A stretch of DNA of 59,553 bases from Clostridia bacterium. Lineage in GTDB: Bacteria; Bacillota; Clostridia; Oscillospirales; CAG-272. Both the position numbers and the translations under genes were made by a program. The DNA lies in assembly GCA_017436885.1 (NCBI GenBank), contig JAFSCG010000106.1:1-59553 (forward strand), written 5' to 3'. A model generated the notes under the pieces. It made no database searches, had not been told where the DNA came from, and saw only the letters and a list, made by a program, of their open reading frames with translations. Below are positions 51,714 to 59,553 of this stretch, one piece after another (the stretch's first letter is position 1; each line of letters opens with the position of its first letter).

Positions 51714-54485
51714 TTATTCTTCCGTGTTTTTAACTCCGAGGCGGTCGTTTACCACCAGCTCACGGAATTGCTGAACGGTGATAAGCACCTCGCGGGGCTT
51801 GGTTCCGTCGGGAGGTCCGACGTAGCCGAGGCGTTCCATCTGGTCGATTATTTTTGCGGCGCGTCCGTAGCCGATGCTCAGATTGCGCTGGAGCAGGGAG
51901 GTTGCCACCTTGTTGTTGTTAACGGCAAGCTCCACTGCCTGACGGAACTTGGGGTCAAGCTCGCCGCCGTCGTCGCCGTCCATATCATCACCTGCGGATT
52001 TGCTGGAGGCGGAGCAACGCTGTGCCTCGCGCTCGATATCTGCCATTATCTCCTCGCTGTATTCGTTCTCGCCCGCGTTGGAGCGCACAAAGGCGGTAAC
52101 TCTCTCTACCTCCTCGGTGGAAACGAAGGAGCCCTGAACGCGCATTGGCTTCATCATTCCGACAGGGGCGTACAGCATATCGCCGCGTCCGTTAAGACGC
52201 TCGGCACCGCCCACGTCGATAATGGTACGGCTGTCCACCTGGGATGCAACGGTAAAGGCGATACGGGAGGGAATGTTTGCCTTGATAAGACCGGTAATAA
52301 CGTCAACGGAGGGACGCTGCGTACCGATAACGAGATGTATTCCCGCGGCTCTTGCCTTTGCGGCAAGGCGGTTGATGGAGTTTTCCACCGTGTCGCGGGC
52401 AACGAGCATAAGGTCCGCAAGCTCGTCGATGATAATAACGATGTACGGCATCTTCTCGTAGCCGGGAACGCCGTTTACGGTACCGTTGTAGTCGCCGATG
52501 TTACGGGCACCGACCTCCTCGATAAGACCGAAGCGGCGCTCCATCTCGTTTACCGCCCAGCTGAGGGCACCTGCCGCCTTCTGGGGCTCGGTAACAACGG
52601 GAACGAGCAGGTGGGGAATGCCGTTGTAGGTTCCCAGCTCAACTCGCTTGGGGTCCACAAGGATAAGGCGCAGGTCGTCGGGGGAGGTGCGGTACAGCAG
52701 GCTTACAAGCAGGCTGTTTATACAAACGGACTTACCCATACCGGTGGCACCTGCCACCAGCATATGGGGCATCTTGGAAATATCGCAGAATACGGGCACG
52801 CCCGCAACGTCAACGCCAAGGGCGGCCATCAGGCGGCGCTTTTTGTTTTCCTCACAGGTGAACTGCTTGCTTGCGATAAGCTCGCGCAGGAATACGGTGG
52901 CGGCGGTCTTGTTGGGCACCTCGATACCAACGGCGGCCTTGCCGGGGATGGGTGCTTCGATGCGCACGCCCATGCTTGCAAGGCTGAGGGCAATATCGTC
53001 CACGCGGTTGGCAATGGATTTAACGCTTGTGCCCGCCTCGGGCTGCAGCTCGTAACGGGTGATGGTTGGGCCAACGGAAACGCTGGTTATCTTGGTGTAA
53101 ACGCGGAAGCTTGCAAGGGTGTCCACAAGGCGCTGTGCATTGGCCTGCATTTCCGCAGTCATATCCTCGGTCTTTGGCTTTTCGGGGATGGCAAGAAGGG
53201 ATATGGGAGGAATGCGATATTCGGCCTTGGGCTTTGGCGGTTCCTCCTTTTTCGGCTCGTCGGCCTCAAGGATGGCGTTCTGCTTGGATTCTGTTATGTC
53301 ATCGGGCAGCTCCTCGGGGTCCTCAAGACCCGAGAGATCGTTTACCTTGTCGGGGTCACCGAGACCGAAGATGTCCTCGAGGTCGGGCAGTATCATCTTG
53401 CCCTTAAGAGGAGAATCTTCGTCAAGCTCGGTCTTTTTCTCGGCGGCAGCCTTTTCTTCTTTTACCTCAGCGTGCGCTGTTTCGGGCACGGGGGCAGGCT
53501 CGCGGATCGGTTCTGCCGTGGCTTCGGGAAGCTCCTCATAGGGCTCCTCCTCGGTGTAGTCCTCGTTTTGGGCAATGTTTATAATTGGTGTGGGCATCTC
53601 AACCGGGGTATGCTCCTCGGCATGCACGTGCTCGCGCTGTGTTCCGCTTTTTTTGGGCGTGGGGAGCTCGCTTGCATCCTCTTCTGCGGCTGCTTCAGCC
53701 TTTTTCAGCATTGCGGCGGTGCGGCGTGCCTCTTCCTTTTCAAGGCGCAGACGCTCAAGTCTCTCCTCCTCTGCCGCAAGCTCTGCCTCGTGCTTTTCCT
53801 TGCGCAGGGCGCGCTTTTCCGCGTTCACCTTAAAGGAGTAGCGCAGGTATATCCAGATATCCTTCGGCGTGATGGAAAGGAAAAACATGGTGAACACGGC
53901 GGTAAAGCACACGGTTACGATAAAGGTGCAAAGACGGCCGATGCTCTTTGCAAGGATAAAGGAAAGAAAGCCGCCGAAAAGTCCGCCGCCCTTAGCGAGG
54001 GAGAAAAGTCCCTTAAGCTGGGGTGCGTCGGTATAACAGGTGTGTATAAAGGCGGAAACGGTTACGGTGAGCAGCATAAAGGAAACAAGGCTTCCGAGGC
54101 GGAAGTCGTCCTCAACTATCTTTTTCCATCTCCAGCCGAACAGCGCAAGGGCAAAGGGAATAAGCCACGCGCCGTAGCCGAAAAGGCCGAAAAGCGCGGC
54201 ACTGGTCCACTTGCCGAGAAAGCCCGAGGTGCTTCCCGAAATAAGGAATACAAGCACCAGAACTGCACATAATACGAATACGTAGGGCAGTATCTTGTTA
54301 AGGGCGCTGTTGGGGTTCGGTGGGATACGCACGCGCAGCTGTTCTGCGGGTGCCTCCTCCGCGACGGATTTTTTGCTTTTTTTGCTCTTTGGAGAAGGGG
54401 CAGGCTCCGTACTTTTTTTCTTCTGTGTTGCGGGAGCTGTATTTTTATCGGAGGGCTTTTTGCCGTTGTTTTTTTCGTTTGCCAT
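51714..54485 (-). CDS. ftsK: DNA translocase FtsK/SpoIIIE
   Basis: ATG at 54485 after AAAGGAG. It has N-terminal TM helices, a Glu/Lys/Pro-rich linker, the motor motifs GATGMGKS (Walker A) and IIIDELADL (Walker B), and a gamma domain. Confidence 0.92.
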   Translation of the reverse strand: MANEKNNGKKPSDKNTAPATQKKKSTEPAPSPKSKKSKKSVAEEAPAEQLRVRIPPNPNSALNKILPYVFVLCAVLVLVFLISGSTSGFLGKWTSAALFGLFGYGAWLIPFALALFGWRWKKIVEDDFRLGSLVSFMLLTVTVSAFIHTCYTDAPQLKGLFSLAKGGGLFGGFLSFILAKSIGRLCTFIVTVCFTAVFTMFFLSITPKDIWIYLRYSFKVNAEKRALRKEKHEAELAAEEERLERLRLEKEEARRTAAMLKKAEAAAEEDASELPTPKKSGTQREHVHAEEHTPVEMPTPIINIAQNEDYTEEEPYEELPEATAEPIREPAPVPETAHAEVKEEKAAAEKKTELDEDSPLKGKMILPDLEDIFGLGDPDKVNDLSGLEDPEELPDDITESKQNAILEADEPKKEEPPKPKAEYRIPPISLLAIPEKPKTEDMTAEMQANAQRLVDTLASFRVYTKITSVSVGPTITRYELQPEAGTSVKSIANRVDDIALSLASMGVRIEAPIPGKAAVGIEVPNKTAATVFLRELIASKQFTCEENKKRRLMAALGVDVAGVPVFCDISKMPHMLVAGATGMGKSVCINSLLVSLLYRTSPDDLRLILVDPKRVELGTYNGIPHLLVPVVTEPQKAAGALSWAVNEMERRFGLIEEVGARNIGDYNGTVNGVPGYEKMPYIVIIIDELADLMLVARDTVENSINRLAAKARAAGIHLVIGTQRPSVDVITGLIKANIPSRIAFTVASQVDSRTIIDVGGAERLNGRGDMLYAPVGMMKPMRVQGSFVSTEEVERVTAFVRSNAGENEYSEEIMADIEREAQRCSASSKSAGDDMDGDDGGELDPKFRQAVELAVNNNKVATSLLQRNLSIGYGRAAKIIDQMERLGYVGPPDGTKPREVLITVQQFRELVVNDRLGVKNTEE

Positions 54486-54590
54486 GGCTACTCCTTTTAG
54501 AATTCGATACATAGTTGATTTTACCATATCCGTTCAAGGATTACAACTATATATTTAATAATGTAACGATTTTTTAACATTTGGAAAAGT

Positions 54591-54965
54591 ATGAAAAAAC
54601 ACGGAAAAATAACAAAATACGTCCTGCTTTGCGCCGCGGGCGCGGTGGGCGGCACGGTAAACGGACTTCTCGGCTCGGGGGCGGGTATAGTGCTTATCTA
54701 CGCCCTCGCCCGCCTTTACCCCGAAAAGGAGAACAGGGAGATATTTACTCTCTCCCTTGCCACGGTGTTCTTCCTTAGCCTCTGCTCGGCTGTTTTTTAC
54801 GGCGCGGAGGGCAGATATTCGGTTGAAGACTTTCTCCCCTACGCGCTGCCTGCCGCCGTTGGGGGTGCAGGCGGCTCCTTTTTACTTTCAAGGCTTAATG
54901 CAAGGGTGTTGAAAAAGGTGTTTTCAGCCCTGCTCATAATTTCGGGAATTCTGATGTTGAGGTAG
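54591..54965 (+). CDS. half-size (4-TM) TSUP/TauE-SafE-family membrane protein, first of an adjacent pair
   Basis: 124 aa with Gly-rich TM segments (GAVGGTVNGLLGSGAGIV), as in TauE/SafE repeats. Confidence 0.65.
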   Translation: MKKHGKITKYVLLCAAGAVGGTVNGLLGSGAGIVLIYALARLYPEKENREIFTLSLATVFFLSLCSAVFYGAEGRYSVEDFLPYALPAAVGGAGGSFLLSRLNARVLKKVFSALLIISGILMLR

Positions 54966-54967
54966 CC

Positions 54968-55318
54968 ATGGTCGATATAATTGCCGCCCTCGCCTGCGGC
55001 GTTCTCACGGGGATGGGAGTGGGAAGCGGCGGGCTTTTTATGATATATCTGCTCCTTGTGCGGGAGCTGCCCCAGCTTACGGCGCAGGGGCTTAACCTGC
55101 TCTTTTTTCTTTGCTCTGCGGGCGCGTCCTTGCCCGTAAATCTGCGCCGCGACCGTCCCTGTCTGCCCGCCCTTCTCTGCCTTTGCCTTTTCGGTGCCGC
55201 AGGCTCGTTTTTCGGCACGGCGCTCGGCAACGTCATTGACGGCGCTTTGCTGAAAAAGCTTTTCGGCGCGCTTATCCTCCTCTCCGGCATCATCGGACTT
55301 GTGGGGAAGGGAAAATGA
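54968..55318 (+). CDS. half-size (4-TM) TSUP/TauE-SafE-family membrane protein, second of the pair
   Basis: 116 aa with GVLTGMGVGSGGLFM. The start is 3 nt after the preceding stop, with GAGGT upstream. Confidence 0.65.
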   Translation: MVDIIAALACGVLTGMGVGSGGLFMIYLLLVRELPQLTAQGLNLLFFLCSAGASLPVNLRRDRPCLPALLCLCLFGAAGSFFGTALGNVIDGALLKKLFGALILLSGIIGLVGKGK

Positions 55319-55361
55319 CGTTAAAATCTTTGCAAATCGGTAAAAAAATTAATTTTTCCTA

Positions 55362-55390
55362 TTTACAATTGAAAAAATATGTGGTAGAAT
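55362..55390 (+). promoter_or_regulatory. extended -10 promoter of rpsO (TTTACA-17 nt-TGgTAGAAT)
   Basis: TTTACA at 55362-55367, TG at 55382-55383 and TAGAAT at 55385-55390. An approximately 110-nt leader follows. Confidence 0.5.
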
Positions 55391-55501
55391 GTCAGCTGTG
55401 AACCTTTGCCACGGACTGCGGCTAAAATTCCCCGAGCTTTTTGGGGTCATCACCTGCCCGCCCTCTGTGACTAAGGAAATATTAAAAAGAGGTGAAAAAC
55501 T

Positions 55502-55771
55502 ATGGCACTCCAGAAGGACATCAAGCAGGAAATTATCACTACCTACGCCGTTCACGAGGGCGATACCGGTTCTCCCGAGGTTCAGATCGCTATCCTCACC
55601 AACCGCATCAACTCTCTCAACGAGCATCTTAAGGCAAACCCCAAGGACCATCACAGCCGCCGCGGTCTGCTTAAGATGGTAGGTCATCGCCGTAATCTCC
55701 TTGCATACCTTCAGAAGAAGGATATCGAGCGTTACCGCGCTATCATCGCCAAGCTCGGCATCCGTAAGTAA
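55502..55771 (+). CDS. rpsO: 30S ribosomal protein S15
   Basis: [45 protein letters not shown] is canonical S15. Confidence 0.95.
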   Translation: MALQKDIKQEIITTYAVHEGDTGSPEVQIAILTNRINSLNEHLKANPKDHHSRRGLLKMVGHRRNLLAYLQKKDIERYRAIIAKLGIRK

Positions 55772-55786
55772 TCCGAATAATCCCAC

Positions 55787-55809
55787 GGAGGCGGCGCTCT
55801 GCCGCCTCC
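55787..55809 (+). promoter_or_regulatory. GC-rich hairpin in the rpsO-pnp spacer (attenuator or processing site candidate)
   Basis: GGAGGCGGC-gctct-GCCGCCTCC, with no T-run after it. Confidence 0.4.
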
Positions 55810-55951
55810 TCGGACTATACGGGCAAATTTGCAGAAATAAGTTAGAAAAAAGAGCCCTGCACGTTTAGCAGTTAAATATGCCGCAAAGGAATTTGCGCCG
55901 TATTTAAGTGCTAAACACCGTGGGGACAGAATTTTACGGAGGAAATTTAAA

Positions 55952-58039
55952 GTGTTTGAGAATTTCAAGGTTTATCACTACACCCTTGCAGGCAGACCTC
56001 TTTCCGTTGAGATAGGAAAGATGGCAGGCCTTGCAAACGGCTCCTGCCTTGTTCGCTACGGCGACACCGCAGTTCTTGCCTGCGCTACCGCAAGCGCAAG
56101 ACCCCGCGACGGTATCGACTTCCTTCCCCTCAGCGTTGACTTTGAGGAAAGACTGTACGCAGTAGGCCGCATCCCCGGCAGCTACTTCAAGCGCGAGGGC
56201 AAGCCCACCGAGAAGGCTATCCTTGCTTCCCGCGTTATCGACCGTCCCATCCGTCCCCTTTTCCCCAAGGATCTCCGCAACGACGTCAACATTTCCCTTA
56301 CCGTCCTTTCCGTGGATCTTGACTGCTCTCCCGAGATCACCGCTATGATCGGTGCATCCATTGCCCTTTCTATCTCCGATATTCCGTGGAACGGACCTAT
56401 CGCAGGTGTGTTCATGGGTCTTGTTGACGGCGAGCTGGTCGTTAACCCCACCCTTGCACAGCGCGAAAAGAGTGACCTCGAGCTTACCGTTGCAGGCTCT
56501 GCAAAGAAGGTAGTTATGATCGAGGCGGGCGCAAATCAGGTCGAGGACGACAAGATGTTCGAGGCTATCATGACCGCCCACGAGGAGATCAAGGACCTCC
56601 TTCTGTTCATCGACGGCATCGTTGAGGAGCAGGGCAAGCCCAAGTTCGAGTACGAGCATCACGAGGTAGACGAGGAGCTTTACAACAAGATCTCCGAGTT
56701 CTGCATCGACGATATCCGCGTTGCTCTCGATACCGACGACAAGAACGTTCGCGACGACCGCATGAACGTTATCACCAATAACGTATACGCAAAGTTCGAC
56801 GAGGAGTATCCCGACAGCCATCCCATGATGGACGAGATCCTCTACAAGATCCAGAAGTTCGTTGTTCGCCGCTGGCTCCTTGACGAGCACAAGCGCGTAG
56901 ACGGACGTGCCCTCGATCAGATCCGTCCTCTCGCTGCAGAGGTTGGTCTTTTCAAGCGCGTTCACGGCTCCGGTCTCTTTACCCGCGGTCAGACTCAGGT
57001 CCTCACCATTGCAACTCTCGGCCCGATCAGCGAAGCACAGCTTCTTGACGGCATCGACGAGGAGCTTGAAAAGCGCTATATGCACCACTACAATATGCCC
57101 GGCTACTCCGTTGGCGAGGCAAAGGCAAGCCGCAGCCCCGGACGCCGCGAGATCGGCCACGGTGCTCTTGCAGAGCGTTCTCTCGTTCCCGTTCTCCCCT
57201 CTGTTGAGGAGTTCCCCTACGCTATCCGCCTCGTTTCCGAGGTTATCAGCTCCAACGGTTCCACTTCTCAGGGCTCCGTTTGCGGTTCTACCCTTGCACT
57301 TATGGATGCAGGCGTTCCGATCAAGGCTCCCGTTGCAGGTATCTCCTGCGGTCTTATCACCGAGGGCGATCGCTGGATGACCATGATCGACATTCAGGGT
57401 CTTGAGGACTTCTACGGCGACATGGACTTCAAGGTTGCAGGTACTCACAAGGGTATCACCTCCATTCAGATGGACCTCAAGATCGACGGTCTTACCCCCG
57501 AGATCATCCGTGAGGCTCTTGCCGTTACCCACAAGGGCCGCGATTACATCATCGACGATATCATCCTTAAGGCTATCGAGGCTCCCCGTGCAGACGTTTC
57601 CGAGTATGCACCCAAGATGCTTACCATGAAGGTACATCCCGATAAGATCCGCGAGATCATCGGTACCGGCGGAAAGGTAATTCAGAAGATCTGTGCCGAC
57701 ACCGGCGCAAAGGTAGATATCGAGGACGACGGCTCCGTATTCATCTCCGCTGTAAACCGCGACGCGGCTTACAAGGCAAAGGAGATCATTGACGGCATCG
57801 TATTCGTTCCCGAGGCAGGCGTTACCTACAACGGAACCGTTACCAGGATCATCCCCATCGGTGCTTTCGTTGAGATAGCTCCCGGCAAGGAGGGCATGGT
57901 ACACATTTCCAAGCTTGCTCCCACACGCACCGAGAAGGTAGAGGACGTTGTTAACGTTGGCGACAAGGTCAGAGTTAAGTGCCTTGGCTTCGACGAAAAG
58001 AACCGTCTTAACTTCTCCATCAAGGATGCAGACAAGTAA
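55952..58039 (+). CDS. pnp: polyribonucleotide nucleotidyltransferase (PNPase)
   Basis: GTG start at 55952, 8 nt after GGAGG. Two RNase PH domains, a KH domain (GGKVIQKI) and an S1 domain are colinear with PNPase. Confidence 0.95.
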   Translation: MFENFKVYHYTLAGRPLSVEIGKMAGLANGSCLVRYGDTAVLACATASARPRDGIDFLPLSVDFEERLYAVGRIPGSYFKREGKPTEKAILASRVIDRPIRPLFPKDLRNDVNISLTVLSVDLDCSPEITAMIGASIALSISDIPWNGPIAGVFMGLVDGELVVNPTLAQREKSDLELTVAGSAKKVVMIEAGANQVEDDKMFEAIMTAHEEIKDLLLFIDGIVEEQGKPKFEYEHHEVDEELYNKISEFCIDDIRVALDTDDKNVRDDRMNVITNNVYAKFDEEYPDSHPMMDEILYKIQKFVVRRWLLDEHKRVDGRALDQIRPLAAEVGLFKRVHGSGLFTRGQTQVLTIATLGPISEAQLLDGIDEELEKRYMHHYNMPGYSVGEAKASRSPGRREIGHGALAERSLVPVLPSVEEFPYAIRLVSEVISSNGSTSQGSVCGSTLALMDAGVPIKAPVAGISCGLITEGDRWMTMIDIQGLEDFYGDMDFKVAGTHKGITSIQMDLKIDGLTPEIIREALAVTHKGRDYIIDDIILKAIEAPRADVSEYAPKMLTMKVHPDKIREIIGTGGKVIQKICADTGAKVDIEDDGSVFISAVNRDAAYKAKEIIDGIVFVPEAGVTYNGTVTRIIPIGAFVEIAPGKEGMVHISKLAPTRTEKVEDVVNVGDKVRVKCLGFDEKNRLNFSIKDADK

Positions 58040-58055
58040 TTAATGCAACGTAGAG

Positions 58056-58097
58056 GCGGGATACACGGCGCCGCCGTGTATCCCGCTGATTTTTTTA
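58056..58097 (+). terminator. intrinsic terminator of pnp
   Basis: GCGGGATACACGGCG-c-CGCCGTGTATCCCGC, then a T-run at 58090-58096. Confidence 0.85.
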
Positions 58098-58110
58098 CGG
58101 AGGTTCAGTT

Positions 58111-59289
58111 ATGCAGAATTATAACGATTATAATTACAACGCACCGAGAAGGCAGAATAATGCGATACTCATTCTGCTTATAATTCTTATTTCTCTTGTT
58201 CTGGCGGTTGCCGTTATGGGAATTATCTATATGCTCAGAACTCCCGTGGTCGCTCCCCCTGCGGACGGAACTACCGATCCCACGGTAACCACCGACCCCG
58301 TCGCAACCGATGAGCCCGGCGTAACCGACGAGCCCGCCGTTACCACCGAGGCTCCCGTAACCGAGCCGACTCCCGACGATAGAGGAATTACCTTTATCGG
58401 AACCCCCGTCAAGAGCACGGGAATATTCTCCGGTAATCTTATCCTCGTTAACAAGGACCACGGCTACAATTTTGAGGTGAACGCAAAAAAAGACTCGAAC
58501 GTTGGCTCTCTTTACGATTTCTGGAAGCCTTGGCCCAAGTACAGCTACAAACTGACCGGAACCAAGGTAAAGATGCACACCTCCACCGCAGAGCTGATGA
58601 GCGTAATGTTTGACGGTTTCCTTGACGAGACCGAGCTTAACGACTATCTTATCACCAGCGGTTACCGTGATTATCAGCTTCAGCAGGAGACCCTCGACGA
58701 AATGATCGCCGACTACGGCAGCGAGAGCGCGGCGCTCCGCTATTGCGCTCTGCCCGGCTACAGCGAGCACCATACGGGTCTTGCCTTCGACGTTTACGTA
58801 TTCACCGACGAGCAGAAGACCTATAAGCTGGGCGAGGAAAAAATGCCCGGTGTTTACAACTGGATCTATGATAACTGCGCCAAGTACGGCTTTATCCACC
58901 GCTATCAGGCAGGCAAGGAGAGCATAACGGGCTTTGCCGAGGAAAGCTGGCATTTCAGATACGTTGGCTTGCCCCACGCTCAGATAATGGAGGAAAGAGA
59001 TTTCTGCTTTGAGGAGTACATCAATTTCCTGAAGGACTACACCTACGATAATTACCTTGTGGCAGAGGGTGCCGACGGCAAAACCTACGCCATCTATTAC
59101 GAGGAGGTAGAGCTTGAGACCGTCGTTATCGAGGAGGTAAAGGACGCAAACGGAAACGTTATCACCCCCGCAAGCGTTACCGAGCAGCTTCCCGACACCG
59201 CAACTCTTCACCTTCCCATCGGAGATTTCCCCTACGAGGTCAGCGGCAACAACGTTGACGGCTTTATCGTTACTATTACTTTGAAGTGA
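58111..59289 (+). CDS. M15B (VanY-type) D-alanyl-D-alanine carboxypeptidase-family protein, membrane anchored
   Basis: An N-terminal TM helix, a PT-rich linker (TDPTVTTDPVATDEPGVTDEPAVTTEAPVTEPTP), then SGYRDYQLQ, PGYSEHHTGLAFD and ESWHFRYVG. Confidence 0.85.
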   Translation: MQNYNDYNYNAPRRQNNAILILLIILISLVLAVAVMGIIYMLRTPVVAPPADGTTDPTVTTDPVATDEPGVTDEPAVTTEAPVTEPTPDDRGITFIGTPVKSTGIFSGNLILVNKDHGYNFEVNAKKDSNVGSLYDFWKPWPKYSYKLTGTKVKMHTSTAELMSVMFDGFLDETELNDYLITSGYRDYQLQQETLDEMIADYGSESAALRYCALPGYSEHHTGLAFDVYVFTDEQKTYKLGEEKMPGVYNWIYDNCAKYGFIHRYQAGKESITGFAEESWHFRYVGLPHAQIMEERDFCFEEYINFLKDYTYDNYLVAEGADGKTYAIYYEEVELETVVIEEVKDANGNVITPASVTEQLPDTATLHLPIGDFPYEVSGNNVDGFIVTITLK

Positions 59290-59305
59290 TTATTTAAATA
59301 ATTGC

Positions 59306-59338
59306 AACAGCTCCGCGTTTATTTAACGCGGAGCTGTT
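59306..59338. other. 14-bp-stem hairpin after the M15 gene (weak terminator candidate, no downstream T-run)
   Basis: AACAGCTCCGCGTT-tattt-AACGCGGAGCTGTT. Confidence 0.4.
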
Positions 59339-59436
59339 ATGCAAAGTACGAAGCCGGCGAACTGAACGTAAGAGTAAGCGTGATCGATGCATTGAAAAAG
59401 ATATACGGTTGCTCGTATGAAGATTTCTTTATTGGA
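59338..59436 (+). pseudogene. 3' remnant of an XRE-family HTH gene
   Basis: YAKYEAGELNVRVSVIDALKKIYGCSYEDFFIG matches the recognition-helix-to-C-terminus part of HTH_3 proteins. The first ~25 residues of the domain and any credible start are missing. Confidence 0.4.
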
Positions 59437-59553
59437 CTCGAATCCGTACAATGTAGGGCGGGGGCTTGCTCCCGCCGTATTGTGTGTCTTCGCCATTTAT
59501 CACTGAAGGGGATGTAAAAAAAGGCAGGACCGCAAAAAAGAGAAAAACATTGA

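Noticed and set aside
51612-54272. 886-aa plus-strand ORF opposite ftsK (also 55934..57904 opposite pnp, 58105..59211 opposite the M15 gene, and 8373..9536 spanning two minus-strand genes)
   Set aside because: They are antisense shadow ORFs with Gly/Val/Leu-rich nonsense composition, and the opposite strands encode clearly recognisable proteins.
59302-59517. 71-aa ORF at the right edge as an intact gene
   Set aside because: The TTG start lies inside the preceding hairpin, there is no RBS, and only the middle part resembles a truncated HTH. It is treated as a fragment.
1-59553. tRNA, rRNA, tmRNA and RNase P genes
   Set aside because: Scanning intergenic regions by eye found no T-loop GGTTCGAATCC-type motifs or cloverleaf-sized conserved blocks. 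All sizeable spacers are explained by hairpin repeats, leaders or promoters. tRNAscan-SE and Infernal should confirm this.

Overview
This is a 59.5-kb chromosomal segment from a moderately GC-rich Gram-positive anaerobe. It is most likely Clostridia, Oscillospiraceae/Ruminococcus-like, judging from a dockerin-bearing GH3, a class B sortase, a tandem M42 peptidase triad and an MBOAT/DHHW pair. I support 51 protein-coding genes, 2 gene fragments, 1 candidate cobalamin riboswitch, several sigma-A-type promoters and terminators, and several hairpin-repeat arrays. I saw no rRNA, tRNA, CRISPR array, transposase or integrase. The backbone is housekeeping: yajC, alaS, ung, trmO, galM-galT, rpsT, murD, dxs, mltG, ftsK and rpsO-pnp. 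Main points of interest: (1) At 32.1-37.1 kb there is a tightly packed four-gene Dlt-like envelope-acylation module (MBOAT ending in FLYANF, DHHW protein, FkbH/HAD-IIIC loader, dedicated ACP), with an Sfp-type PPTase 5 kb downstream. I am not aware that its chemistry has been characterised. (2) At 24.5-31.7 kb a 6.7-kb cassette (AraC regulator, compact glycyl-radical enzyme, DMT transporter, activase, orphan solute-binding lipoprotein) is bracketed by a ~170-200 bp direct duplication of the mntP 5' end, and one copy is frameshifted. (3) At 22.4-24.5 kb an AT-richer islet carries an HTH-fused HipA-family kinase (YjjJ/HipH-like) behind a perfect 20-bp palindromic operator, plus a PH-domain membrane protein. 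(4) A soluble FtsK paralog that has lost its Walker A/B motifs but kept its gamma domain sits directly downstream of full-length ftsK. (5) At least six intergenic regions contain modular hairpin repeat arrays with shared motifs. All calls come from reading the sequence and ORF translations by eye; no searches were run.
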